Shown piece by piece: positions 10,801 to 22,126 of a stretch of DNA of 64,000 nucleotides. Every line of letters begins with the position of its first letter. Position 1 is the first letter of the stretch. The notes under the pieces were generated by a model. It did not search any database. It saw only the letters and a program-made list of their open reading frames with translations, and had not been told where the DNA came from. Source of the DNA: Eledone cirrhosa (Eukaryota); contig OZ024752.1 of NCBI GenBank assembly GCA_964016885.1, positions 36,208,001-36,272,000 of the forward strand, in the 5' to 3' direction. The position numbers were made by a program, and so were the translations under genes.

Positions 10801-13800
10801 GCTCATCATAAGGTGGACCACATAGGATGTGGCTCATCATAAGGTGGGCCACATAGGATGTGGCTCATCATAAGGTGGGCCACATAGGATGTGGCTCATC
10901 ATAAGGTGGACCACACAGGATGTGGCTCATCATAAGGTGGACCACACAGGATGTGGCTCATCATAAGGTGGGCCACACAGGATGTGGCTCATCATAAGGT
11001 GGGCCACAGGATGTAGCTCATCATAAGGTGGACCACACAGGATGTGGCTCATCATAAGGTGGGCCACACAGGATGTGATCATCATAAGGTGGACCACATA
11101 GGATGTGGCTCATCATAAGGTGGGCCACATAGGATGTGGCTCATCATAAGGTGGACCACACAGGATGTGGCTCATCATAAGGTGGGCCACAGGATGTAGC
11201 TCATCATAAGGTGGACCACACAGGATGTGGCTCATCATAAGGTGGGCCACACAGGATGTGATCATCATAAGGTGGACCACATAGGATGTGGCTCATCATA
11301 AGGTGGGCCACATAGGATGTGGCTCATCATAAGGTGGGCCACACAGGATGTGATCATCATAAGGTGGACCACAGGATGTGACTCATCATAAGGTGGGCCA
11401 CAGGATGTGGCTCATCATAAGGTGGACCACACAGGATGTGGCTCATCATAAGGTGGACCACACAGGATGTGATCATCATAAGGTGGACCACACAGGATGT
11501 GGCTCATCATAAGGTGGACCACAGGATGTGGCTCATCATAAGGTGGACCACAGGATGTGATCATCATAAGGTGGGCCACACAGGATGTGGCTCATCATAA
11601 GGTGGGCCACATAGGATGTGGCTCATTATAAGGTGAGCCACACAGGATGTAGCTCATCATAAGGTGGACCACAGGATGTGGCTCATCATAAGGTGGACCA
11701 CACAGGATGTGACTCATCATAAGGTGGGCCACATAGGATGTGGCTCATCATAAGGTGGGCCACAGGATGTGACTCATCATAAGGTGGACCACAGGATGTG
11801 GCTCATCATAAGGTGGACCACAGGATGTGGCTCATCATAAGGTGGACCACAGGATGTGGCTCATCATAAGGTGGACCACAGGATGTGGCTCATCATAAGG
11901 TGGGCCACAGGATGTGATCATCATAAGGTGGACCACATAAAATATGACTTATCATAAGGCAGGTCACACTACTAAAAGTTTCAAGGTAATTTTGAAATTA
12001 GGCATGTCATTCGGAATACCAAACAAGCCGCAGTTAGTTTGTCATCATCATCATCATCATCATCATTTTACGTCCACTTTTCCCTGCTTGCAAGGGTGGG
12101 ACGCGAACTGATTCTGGCTTGATTTCTACAGCTGGATGCCCTTCCTAACACCAACCTCATTTACAGTGAGTGCTGGGTGCTTTTCTTTTTGCCGTGGCAC
12201 CTCCACGACCACTTTGCAGTGGAATGATAGGGACCCCAGTCCCTTTCATCTCATTTCTACAGCTGAATAAACTGGAGCAATGTGAAATAAAGTGTCTTGC
12301 TCAAGGAAACAACACATCACCCAGTCTGAGAATTGAACTCACAACCTTTCGATTGCAAGGCCAATGCTCTAACCACTAAGCTATGTGCCTTATCAATAAT
12401 TGTCAAACCCCGATTCTTAGTGCCAACAATGGTTCAATATCTTTACTGATACTAAAGTAAGTAAATATAATGTAATGGAATTATTGTGTAAAGTGCTCAG
12501 GTGCACTACAACTCGTCAAAGGTGCATGTATAGTACATAGAATAATACACAAATGTCAGGGAAGTGAATAGTGTATGAGTCATGATATACATGTGTGTAT
12601 GTGTATGGAGGAGGAAAAAGTAATCTTAGTATAAAAAGAAAATGAAACATTTATCAATTATATACTTTCAATAATCTATAGGTGAGTTTTATTACCATCC
12701 TTTATAAGACATCTTTGATATCCATCACTAAAGAGGGTTTCTAAATCCACAACAAAAATTAGAAAACATAAGGTAGAAATAACAAAAAGGTGGTGGTGGT
12801 GGGGGAGCATCATATTCTCAGAATTAGAAAATATACAATATGTTGCAACTTAAGGTTCTTTAGTTAAAATAAAACATACTTTATGTAAACTTTCGACAAT
12901 TCTCACAATATCAGCAAAAATGATGACAGCTTCTTTTTCACTCAGTTTCTTCTCCTTGATCACATAATGCTGAAGATTCATGAGATCCGATGTTTTACTG
13001 CTAAAGTCATGAGGAATGAGACAATCTAATACTAAACAAAGACGATTACGGATTCTTCCTGTGTATTCAATGCAACCGTTGGAGTTTAAAGTATCCTTCT
13101 CTTCGTGGGCTTGGTCCTGTTGATATAAAACATTATAGAAGAGTCACAAAAGCCATTTAACCTTTTAGCATTTAAACTGGCCATATCCGGCCAGAATTCT
13201 CTCACTTCTTTCTGTTCAAACCGGCTGTAACCGGTCACTCATACAGATGTTAAGGTATTTTTCTCAAAATAAATAACATCAAAGTCTTATAGATTCAATA
13301 TTATGTGAAATAATTATGTGAGATAAAGCATTTACTGCGAAAATACAAAAGCAAATATAATGTAATGTAAATGCTAAAGGTTTAAAAGACACACACACAC
13401 ACCCAATCAGATACACATACATACATCTATATATGTATATTGTGCTTTCAGACAGTTTCCATCTATCAAAATTCACTCATGAAGCACTGGACAATCAGAG
13501 ACTACAGTAGAAGATACATACACACACACTAATATATTCACTTACATATTATTTACTGATAGCATTATATATTGGTATGGACCCAGAGTATTGTAGGGGC
13601 ACCATAGTGGCATACAGCCTTTCTTGGGCTTTTTTTAAAGCATGACAGAGCCCATCCCTCTCCAGGTCTGAACACAACAGATTTATTCCAGAGAATGATA
13701 GAGTGTGAAAGAAGAAAATGAGAAAGAGATATAGAGGAAGAATCAACTACAGTATTTAACTGGTACACTTTTTTTTATCAACCATGAAAAGATGAAAAGT

Positions 13801-16800
13801 AAAGTTGACCGAAGATGAAAAGTAAAGCCGAAATGAATACCGCTTGCATATTATAGAGCAATCTTTCCTCAAAGTGTGCTCTGAGGAATCCCAGAGCTCC
13901 AGGAAAAGATCCTTTGTGTGTGTCTAGGTCTTTGATTCACACCTGTCATTGTGCAGGCAATAGCATTTGTTTATGAAGAGCCCTTTCTATCTTATGAAGG
14001 ATGGGGAAGGTATGCTAAGAACAAAAGGTTTAAAGTATAGAACAAATGTAATGGAAGATAGGAGTTGTAGGGTGGAAATAGGATGGCTAAGAACAAATGT
14101 AATGTGGGTGGAAATATTTAAGGACAAATGTAATGTACTAACTTTAAATAATCCATGATGATGCACTACACCATCTTGGTTGTGTAGCAGAGAAAGCAGT
14201 GAATATTCCGTATGCATCAACATTTTACCTTGATGGTCGTCTTGATTAGCATGTTGGGAGTCTTCCATTGTTAATATCTACAACAACCAGTAAAATATGA
14301 CGAAATATTACAATTTTTATAAAGAATCTTTTCATCCATATTTCGTTATAGATTTCCATGCTTACAAGAATTAAATATAAAAAGCCTAAAAACAAAACCT
14401 CCCAGATTTTAATGTCCATGATGGTAAATGCTTTTAAAAAATTTATTACATAATCAAGAAGTGTATAGCGTGTAGTTTATTTTTGATTGATTTTCATTTT
14501 TCATAATCATTAGAGAGCACCCAGTCCACACTGTAAAAGTGGCCTTGTAGGTGACACAGCAAAAAGCACCCAGCCCAAATTGTAAATGTGGTTGGCGTTA
14601 GGAAGGGAATCCAGCCGTAGAAATCGAGCCCAAATCAGTTCTGTGTGAGTGAATCACAGTTCCGCAACCTGATCTCTCACAAAGGGACAGCCCGTCCTAC
14701 CCATGCTAGAGTGGAAGATGGATGTTAAACAATGATGATGATGATGATGCATAAAGTCGGCCTTGTCTTATCCTCTTGTGGAGGAACGAGAAACGAGTTC
14801 TCAACACCAACTCTCCATACCATTCTGTCTCTGGCAGCTTTGCCATATTTCATTCTCCTTGATTACAGCAACCAGCAGTATGCTTCACGTAGCTTGGTTT
14901 CTGTTTTTGAAGCAATGTTTTATAGCCAGATGCCCTTCCTCCTGACACCAACCCTTTTAGCTGCTTCTGATGACACACAGGAGGTACAGTGTACTTATTC
15001 TAAACTGGATATATATAGAATACTTGTCTGATGACCCTGTGATAAACAGGCGAAACTCCGGAGTAATAAGATTCACTATTTAGCTTTAATAAAATAAATA
15101 TTAAAACTCTACTTTGGTACTGAGTACTCTTTTCTCTCAGCCGTCAACCACATATGGGTATATATCAGTGGCAAAGGGTAACCTGGAAAGCAGGGCATGC
15201 AGTCCAATCACCATGGCGGAAAGGCTGTGCAGCCTTACCCCCCCCCCCACAATCCCTAAATGACCCTCCCGGTCAAAGCCGCATGTAGTGTTAGCTAGTG
15301 TGTGTGTGTTATCTTTTTATGTGTCTACGATTTAGCAAGCAGCCAAAATTCTGCTTGCTTCAACCAACGCTGTCATGTGTTTGTGGGCATGTGTATGTGT
15401 GTGTGTTATCTTTTTATGTGTCTACGATTTAGCAAGCAGCCAAAATTCTGCTTGCTTCAACCAACGCTGTCGTGTGTTTGTGTGCATGTGTATGTGTGCG
15501 TGTTATCTTTTAATGTGTCTACGATTTAGCAAGCAGCCAAAATTCTGCTTGCTTCAACCAACACTGTCGTGTGTTTGTGTGCATGTGTATGTGTGTGTGT
15601 TATCTTTTTATGTGTCTACGATTTAGCAAGCAGCCAAAATTCTGCTTGCTTCAACCAACACTGTCGTGTGTTTGTGTGCATGTGTATGTGTGTGTGTTAT
15701 CTTTTTATGTGTCTACGATTTAGCAAGCAGCCAAAATTCTGCTTGCTTCAACCAACACTATCGTGTGTTTGTGTGGATGTGTATGTGTGTGTGTTATCTT
15801 TTTATGTGTCTACGATTTAGCAAGCAGCCAAAATTCTGCTTGCTTCAACCAACACTATCGTGTGTTTGTGTGCATGTGTATGTGTGTGTGTTATCTTTTT
15901 ATGTGTCTACGATTTAGCAAGTAGCCAAAATTCTGCTTGCTTCAACCAACACTGTCGTGTGTTTGTGTGCATGTGTATGTGTGTGTGTTATCTTTTTATG
16001 TGTCTACGATTTAGCAAGCAGCCAAAATTCTGCTTGCTTCAACCAACGCTGTCGTGTGTTTGTGTGCATGTGTATGTGTGTGTGTTATCTTTTTATGTAT
16101 CTACGATTTAGCAAGCAGCCAAAATTCTGCTTGCTTCAACCAACGCTGTCGTGTGTTTGTGTGCATGTGTATGTGTGTGTGTTATCTTTTTATGTGTCTA
16201 CGATTTAGCAAGCAGCCAAAATTCTGCTTGCTTCAATCGACGCAATTGATCAACTCAAGATTCTATAACGCATGCACGCACCCTTCACCCCTGGTATATA
16301 TATATATGTATGTGTGTATGTGTATATATATATTTAGTACCTTTTTTAATTTTCAAGTGAGAGCTGAAATATGTAATTCCCAAAACTGCAATTACAGAAT
16401 TTACCTTTAACGTATAAAATTCGTTTGTGCCTTCTTTTCTTGCAAGACATTGAACAATACTTCTGACTGGAGATGACCCTAACCGGGGTCCTGCAACAAA
16501 ATGGTGTTTAAATTAATAAGAAATTCATGTGACTTACAAGTATATATATAAATACATAGTATTAATTATACTATTTAGGGCGGTGGATTGGCAGTATCGG
16601 TAGAGGGTCGGACGCCATGCTTTCCAGCATAGTTACGTCCCTTTACGATCTGAGTTCAAATCCCGCCGAGGTTGACTTTGCCTTTCATCCTTACGGGGTC
16701 GATAAAATAAAGTACCAGTAATGTACTGGGTAATTTCTGGCCTTGTGCCAATAGTAGAAACAATTAATTATACTATTTATGGTTATGTAAATACAAAAAC

Positions 16801-18353
16801 CTTTTGCAGTTATATATATTTTTTTTATACAAACCCTAAATCGTGGTAGGCAGTAATGTATTACTACCTTATTACCAGTAAGTTAAGTAGCTCAATGTAA
16901 AAACATCAGATGATTTACAGAGCAGTTATATGAAATATAAGAATGTTTTGAACAGTTCTTTGATTCTTATATTTCATATAAATACATATATATAAATACA
17001 TATATAAAATTGAATATAGAAATGGCTTCACCACAGTTTATGGTCTACTCCATACAGTCTTATATATTTGGAGTGACTGCCCTCCTAGACAGGTTACCTA
17101 CCCTGTGGCTTATAGAGCCCACATTTACTCAGTGCAATCTGTGACATATGAGTTGAGTCAAGAGTTAAGTACTTAATGCTCACTCCTAGCTGGTGCTTGG
17201 AATTAATCAGTGCTACTTTAATATAGGTTTGGTATTCGTCTGGGGAGAGCGGAGGGAGTTACACATGAGAAGAAGTTTACATTCAGAAAAAAATCAAAAC
17301 AAAGAGTTCAAAATATAAAGGAGTGGTCAGGTCAGTAGACTGAAGGAAAGAAGAAAAGAAGCAAGGACACACACGTCTTCACACACATACTCATACATTT
17401 ACTCATACACACACAGATACATACATTCACACACACATATACATCGAAGAACATTTTTATATATGACTAGCACAGCTTTCATAAACCATTTACCTAAACC
17501 TAAACAACAGACCCTCATATGTTAGTACCCTATCAAAGAAAGTATTATCTAAGCGGCTGAGTATTCCATAGGCATGCACACAATGTAATTCTCAGGGAGA
17601 TTCAAAGTGACATAGTGTGTGATAAGGCTGGACCTTCGAATTACAGGTATAGTCCATTTGACAGGCTTCCAAACAGTTTTCATCTACCCACATTGACATA
17701 ACTGACATTTGCCAAAGATTGGGTGTGATTTGAGGGGGATTTAGCTGATATTTCTAGCAGGTCAAGTGACCAGGTACAGACTCCCTTGTTTACTCATACT
17801 CTTATTGTACTATACATAACTAAGAAATGACCATTAACATATATGTGGTTAGAATGTCTCAGGAAAGAATCACCGGACAGATTTTATGGGCAAAACCAAC
17901 CGGCAGGAGATCCAGTGATAGACCCCAAGCAAGATGGTTGCATAACATCCATGAGCTTGGCTGGTCAAGCTTGGGGATCCAACTGGATCAGTTGGAAACG
18001 GTTGCTTCTGGCAGGACCCGCTGGAAGGAGTGTCTGAGAACTCTACCCCCATGACCCTCATAGGAATAAGTGGGCGAAGAAGAAATGTTTTTTTAAAAGA
18101 AATAAATCAAAAGTGAAAAAAAAAAAAGCAGAAATTTCCGTTTTCAAAATAAAATATGACCCTTTCTGATAGGTCGCATAAACAATGACATACCTAATAA
18201 ATAAGGACCAGCTCGTTTAACTCCTCTTCCTGTTGTTGGTAATGGTTTATAGCTGCCTTCCAATAGAAGTGTTTTAGAAGTCTCGAAAGCATGCTTGTTG
18301 CTTTTACTACGTTTTGATACGTTATCACTTTCTCCCACACCTCTTCTCTTCAT
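7528..18353 (-). CDS. STK40: Serine/threonine kinase 40 (Tribbles-related pseudokinase), 8 coding exons, 449 aa
   Basis: Exons 18194-18353, 16405-16490, 14143-14277, 12880-13116, 10097-10265, 8900-9044, 8612-8731, 7528-7825. All introns are GT-AG and phases join into 1350 nt. Motifs: KRAGPYLLGPRLGSSPVRSIVQCLARK, HTEYSLLSLL, HRDLKLGN, NFCLG in place of DFG, DQRGSPAYISPDVLSG, and C-terminal VPDI. Confidence 0.95.
7906..8038. mobile_element. TA-flanked MITE (Tc2/pogo-like TIR)
   Basis: TACCATATTTCCCAGTGCCGAAGACGC ... GCGTCTTCGACGCCGGGAAATACAGTA; a similar element lies at 57524-57720. Confidence 0.7.
8043..8346. mobile_element. piggyBac-like MITE family 2
   Basis: CCCTTTTGTTACC...ATATGGTCATGAAAGGG|TTAA; related copies at about 10425-10667, 29785-29972 and 33348-33751. 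Confidence 0.7.
8612..8731 (-). CDS. STK40: STK40 coding exon 7 (DNNISQ...LILDPNTRLTATQVL...)
   Basis: AG/GT flanks; subdomain XI arginine. Confidence 0.92.
8900..9044 (-). CDS. STK40: STK40 coding exon 6 (GKPYLGKPSDMWALGVVLFTM...)
   Basis: AG/GT flanks; kinase subdomains IX-X. Confidence 0.95.
10097..10265 (-). CDS. STK40: STK40 coding exon 5 (KNIVHRDLKLGN...NFCLG...SPDVLS)
   Basis: AG/GT flanks; catalytic loop and activation segment. Confidence 0.95.
10782..11945. repeat. Minisatellite, 29-31-bp unit, ~38-39 copies (STK40 intron)
   Basis: GGATGTGGCTCATCATAAGGTGGRCCAC(AY)A. Confidence 0.97.
12043..12390 (-). mobile_element. SINE family A copy
   Basis: Near-identical to 1034-1368. Confidence 0.88.
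12880..13116 (-). CDS. STK40: STK40 coding exon 4 (DQAHEE...LCLVLDCL...NLQHYVIKEKKLSE...LHK)
   Basis: AG/GT flanks, 237 nt; absent from the ORF track. Confidence 0.93.
14143..14277 (-). CDS. STK40: STK40 coding exon 3 (ILTMED...HHHGLFK)
   Basis: AG/GT flanks, 135 nt. Confidence 0.93.
15018..15074 (+). ncRNA. Minimal type I hammerhead ribozyme motif (Penelope pLTR-like)
   Basis: GAATaCTTGT-CTGATGA-cCCTG(tgataaa)CAGGc-GAAA-CTCCGGAG-TA-ATAAGATTC: palindromic helix III, GUA triplet, C.C mismatch at the base of helix II. Confidence 0.72.
15297..16236. repeat. Tandem repeat, 97-bp unit, ~9.7 copies (STK40 intron)
   Basis: GTGTGTTATCTTTTTATGTGTCTACGATTTAGCAAGCAGCCAAAATTCTGCTTGCTTCAACCAAC... Confidence 0.97.
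16405..16490 (-). CDS. STK40: STK40 coding exon 2 (GPRLGSSPVRSIVQCLARKEGTNEFYTLK)
   Basis: AG/GT flanks, phase 1 to 0. Confidence 0.93.
16579..16762 (+). mobile_element. tRNA-derived SINE family B
   Basis: GGTGGATTGGCAG..CGGTAGAG...GAGTTCAAATCCCGCCGAGGT..ACTTTGCCTTTCATCC..GGGGTCGATAAAATAAAGTACCAG. Further copies at 19835-20021, 24657-24843, 24918-25085, 57062-57200, 59597-59750 (+) and 22410-22562, 48850-49057, 62270-62505, 63785-63925 (-). Confidence 0.85.
17830..18085 (+). mobile_element. Degenerate RTE-type LINE 3' fragment
   Basis: VVRMSQERIT.QILWAKPTGRR..RP..RW...LETVA..R.RWK. Confidence 0.65.
18194..18353 (-). CDS. STK40: STK40 coding exon 1 (MKRRG...KRAGPYLL)
   Basis: ATG at 18353 and donor GTATGT at 18193. 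An acceptor (TTGCAG) at 18380 implies an upstream non-coding exon. Confidence 0.88.
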
Positions 18354-18888
18354 TTTGGTGTAGCTACAGACTGTCAACTCTGCAATAGAAAAACATATAT
18401 ATATATATATATATATATAGGCATAGGTTAAGAATAACGTCCTCAAAAATGAAAGTAGGTTTTCTGACAAGTGAATGTGTTTTTTTTCTTTTTTACAATC
18501 AAATTTACGATACACTCTTTGTTTATTTACAACAGGTCTCTATAGTGTTATTTTCTCTTATATATATGTGTGGGTGTGTATATGTGTGTATATATATGTG
18601 TGTCTGTATGTATATATATGTGTGTTTGTATATATATATGTGTTTGTGTCATCATCATCGTTTAGATGTTTTTACCCAAATCCCTTATCATTCTCTGTCC
18701 TTCTTATGACCCGGGCGGTCTGGAAAGTGAAAGTAATTTTTGACACTGTTTTTTTGTTTTTTTTACAACAGGTCTCAATAGTGTAAGTTACGATACACAC
18801 GCAATTGTATGGATTTCTTAATATATATATATGTGTGCCCGTCTTGACGTATGCCATATATATATATGTATGTATATATATATGTGTG

Positions 18889-18956
<68 letters not shown>

Positions 18957-19237
18957 ATGTGTGTGTTTTTCTTTATATATTTGTTTACAATCTACTGTCT
19001 CTCACTACATCATTATAAGTCAGAACTATGAGAAAACAAACCCTATACTATTACATCGTTTGAACGTCTAACTAGGAAGAACCGAATTATAATATCTAAT
19101 ATATATTTATATATATATAGTTATTTAAAAAGTCTACTTCTGTCCTCGCCATACACAGAGCCCTTGCTACATCTAACTAATATCAATCGATGTTCAGTTT
19201 TTAGTAATCTTTCAATATACGTACATATATATATATA

Positions 19238-19403
19238 TGGCATACGTCGAGACGGGCACACATATATATATATTAAGAAATCCATACAATTGCCTGTGTA
19301 TCGTAAATTACACTATTGAGACCTGTTGTAAAAACAACAAAAAAACAAATTCAGTGTCAAAAATTACTTTCACTTTCCAGACCGCCCGTCTTGACGTATG
19401 CCA
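19238..19403. mobile_element. MITE with ~20-bp TIRs inserted in (TA)n; inverted sister copy at 18713-18857
   Basis: TGGCATACGTCGAGACGGGC ... GCCCGTCTTGACGTATGCCA. Confidence 0.8.
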
Positions 19404-19510
19404 TATATATATATGTAATATATATATATATGTAATATATATATAATATATAATATATATATATAATATATATATATATAATATATATATATATATAATA
19501 TATATATATG

Positions 19511-19548
<38 letters not shown>

Positions 19549-20032
19549 TATAGTAATAATAATAAAATTGAAGACTAAAATCCAAAGAGGGCTCGATAAG
19601 GAAAATATATATCAAATATATAAGAACCGTAGAGCAAATATTTATTAAAATAACAGATACATATACATATATATCATCAACCAGTTTTTGATTATGCAGG
19701 ACACAATTAATCCCTATTTTGGGGTGGGGCTTGCCTGACAGCACTCCTTTGCATCCCGCACCATGTGTTTCTGTCTGCCAGTCTCACTTGGGCCAGGCCA
19801 AGCCGAGTTTAATCCCAATATATATTGGTAAAGCGCCGGTGGATTGGCAGTATTGGTAGAGGGTCGGACACCATGCTTTGACGCATAGAGTTATGGCCCT
19901 TGCCATTATGAGTTCAAATCCCGCCGAGGTTAACTTTGCCTTTCATCCTTACTGGGTCGATAAAATAAAGTACCAGTAACGCACTGGGTAATTGCTGGCC
20001 TTGTGCCAAAAGTAGAAACAATATATATTGGT

Positions 20033-22083
20033 AAATTTATAGAAAAGCACCCACTGGGGCTGGCTTAGAGAATTTTTTTCCTTTTTTTTTCTTTTTTCGT
20101 GATTTCAACAAGTTCTGACCTTCGACATGCTCACAATCGATTCCCCCTTCCCTCGAAAATGAAATTGGGGGTGGGAGGAGAGAGCCCGGATTTTTCCAGT
20201 CTCGGTGGGATTTTTTTTTTTTTCTTTTCTGAAGAATTTTCGTTTGTTTTCAACCGATCTGACATCCGACTCACTCGCCAAATACTCCTTTTTTAGACCC
20301 ACACCCTCATCGCCACGATCCTCCAATTCCGCTTTCGGAAAAGAAGTCGATTGCGATCATGTCAGAAGTCAGATTAGTTGAAAACGCACGGAAAAAAACC
20401 CTCTAAAAACTAGAGAAAATAAATATTTCTTAGCGATCCTGGGGGGGGGGGGTACTTTTCTATAAATTTAAACGGCTGAGAGGTGCTTATCTCTAACTCC
20501 TAGGGTCTCACTCGCTACTACCCTCCGTTTTCTGGAAAAGGAGCCATTGGCGAATTAGTCGAATGTCAGATCGGTTGAAAAAAAAACGAAAAACCATAGA
20601 AAAGAAAAAAAAATTCCCACAGAAGAGAACTCCGAGGTGGGAAAAACTCGATTATTACCAATTTCAACAAGCTATATAAACACATCTACAATCGATACGT
20701 ATAGAAATATTGTCGATACTATAAACCAATCAATATCATTAAGTGCTTTTCTTCAATTATTCCACTATATCTAATACTAAGTGTTGTTTGTTATATGTCA
20801 TTAGGTGATTCTAGTTTTTAATATAGCGTTAGTTAGTTTAACAATCAAACTAACATCCCCACAGATACAATTCCAATGAAACTAATAATAGTTACTGGGC
20901 TTCATGGCTCGATACTAATAATATCCTTGTAGTTATGATGAAATTAAATTAAAAATAAATAGCCAAATTGTAATTGCGTCTTTCCACATACAATCGTGAT
21001 GAAATTAATTATTTAAGTGGCTGAACAAATAATACGTTGGAAAACACGACTACTAGACAACGATAAAACCCTTGTAAGATTCTCCGTGAATTAAAATATA
21101 ATCCCGAATTTAAGTTCTAGCAAAGTATGTTTGAGATATTAAATACGTTATATATTTGAAGGTTATATTATTTTGGGAAGCCTTTAAAAACAAGTGGATT
21201 GTGTAGAAGGATATGAAAACTTGAAGCTTCGTGAAACAACAATACTACGTAATGATTAAATAATTATTTAGTTTAATAATGTACATACCGAGGTAAATGT
21301 AATAATATTGTCAGTATTGACGGAAAAGTAAATAATGTTGTAATTCACAGCGAACGATAACATTTTCAATTATATTATAGTGTTTTATAATTCCTTGGAT
21401 AATTATGATTCAATTTAATGTTAGGCAATTGATCATGTGACTTGAACAACCGGTGAAAGGGAAATATGTCCAACGTCTAAGAGTGGAAATATTGATAAAA
21501 TTCGAAAAATAAGATGCGAGGGTCGGCTGACTAACATACTCTCATAGATTGACCAAATGAATTTTTTTTTTCTCGCCGATTAGAATAAAATGAGCTATTC
21601 GAGCGAAAAATACATTATTATATGCAACTTAGATATTATTGTTTTTGTTTTTTTATTTTATCAATATGGTGTCCACTGAGAACAGAATTAAAATTTAAAA
21701 TAAAGAATTATTTGAAATAAACAATCAAGTATGTGAACTAATATTTAATATTAAGGAAATCTCTAAACCTCATTAGGTCTTCGGTTTGTAGAGATAATGC
21801 TCATATAAACTTTCCGAGATGGGTGAACATTAATTACATGATGAAGTTTGTTCATTAGGTTAGTAGATAAAGTTAAACACAGAGTGAGATGTAGTTTTAG
21901 AGAAGAAAAAAATATTAGTTAAATGTTTAAAGGATATATCCAAGACGCAAATCGTATGATACCCTAAATTAGTTCGGAATTATTTTAGGTGTGTTGCGAT
22001 AAAGATTTTACACCGTATCGTTCTTAATCGGTCAACGAGTAGAATTTTCTTTAACATTGTCTTTACGCCATAAACTTCACCTA
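20033..22083. promoter_or_regulatory. Probable divergent promoter region of STK40 and MRPL19
   Basis: Head-to-head geometry, locally CpG-richer and TE-poor; TCATGTGAC E-box at ~21433; candidate minus-strand donor GTATGT at 21288. No TSS data. Confidence 0.45.
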
Positions 22084-22126
22084 ATGGCACACATTTTGGG
22101 AAAACTTATCCGAATACCATGTAGAA
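22084..22126 (+). CDS. MRPL19: MRPL19 probable exon 1 (MAHILGKLIRIPCR), transit-peptide start
   Basis: ATG...A|GTACGT donor in phase 1 matches the next exon. The basic, acid-free N-terminus resembles a mitochondrial presequence. Confidence 0.6.

Noticed and set aside
10782-11945. CRISPR-like periodicity (~30 bp); also the 38-, 40-, 82- and 97-bp arrays
   Set aside because: Head-to-tail units with no unique spacers, no cas genes, and a eukaryotic context.
15302-16410. Series of Cys-rich 83-aa ORFs
   Set aside because: Translation of the 97-bp tandem repeat and (TG)n tracts.
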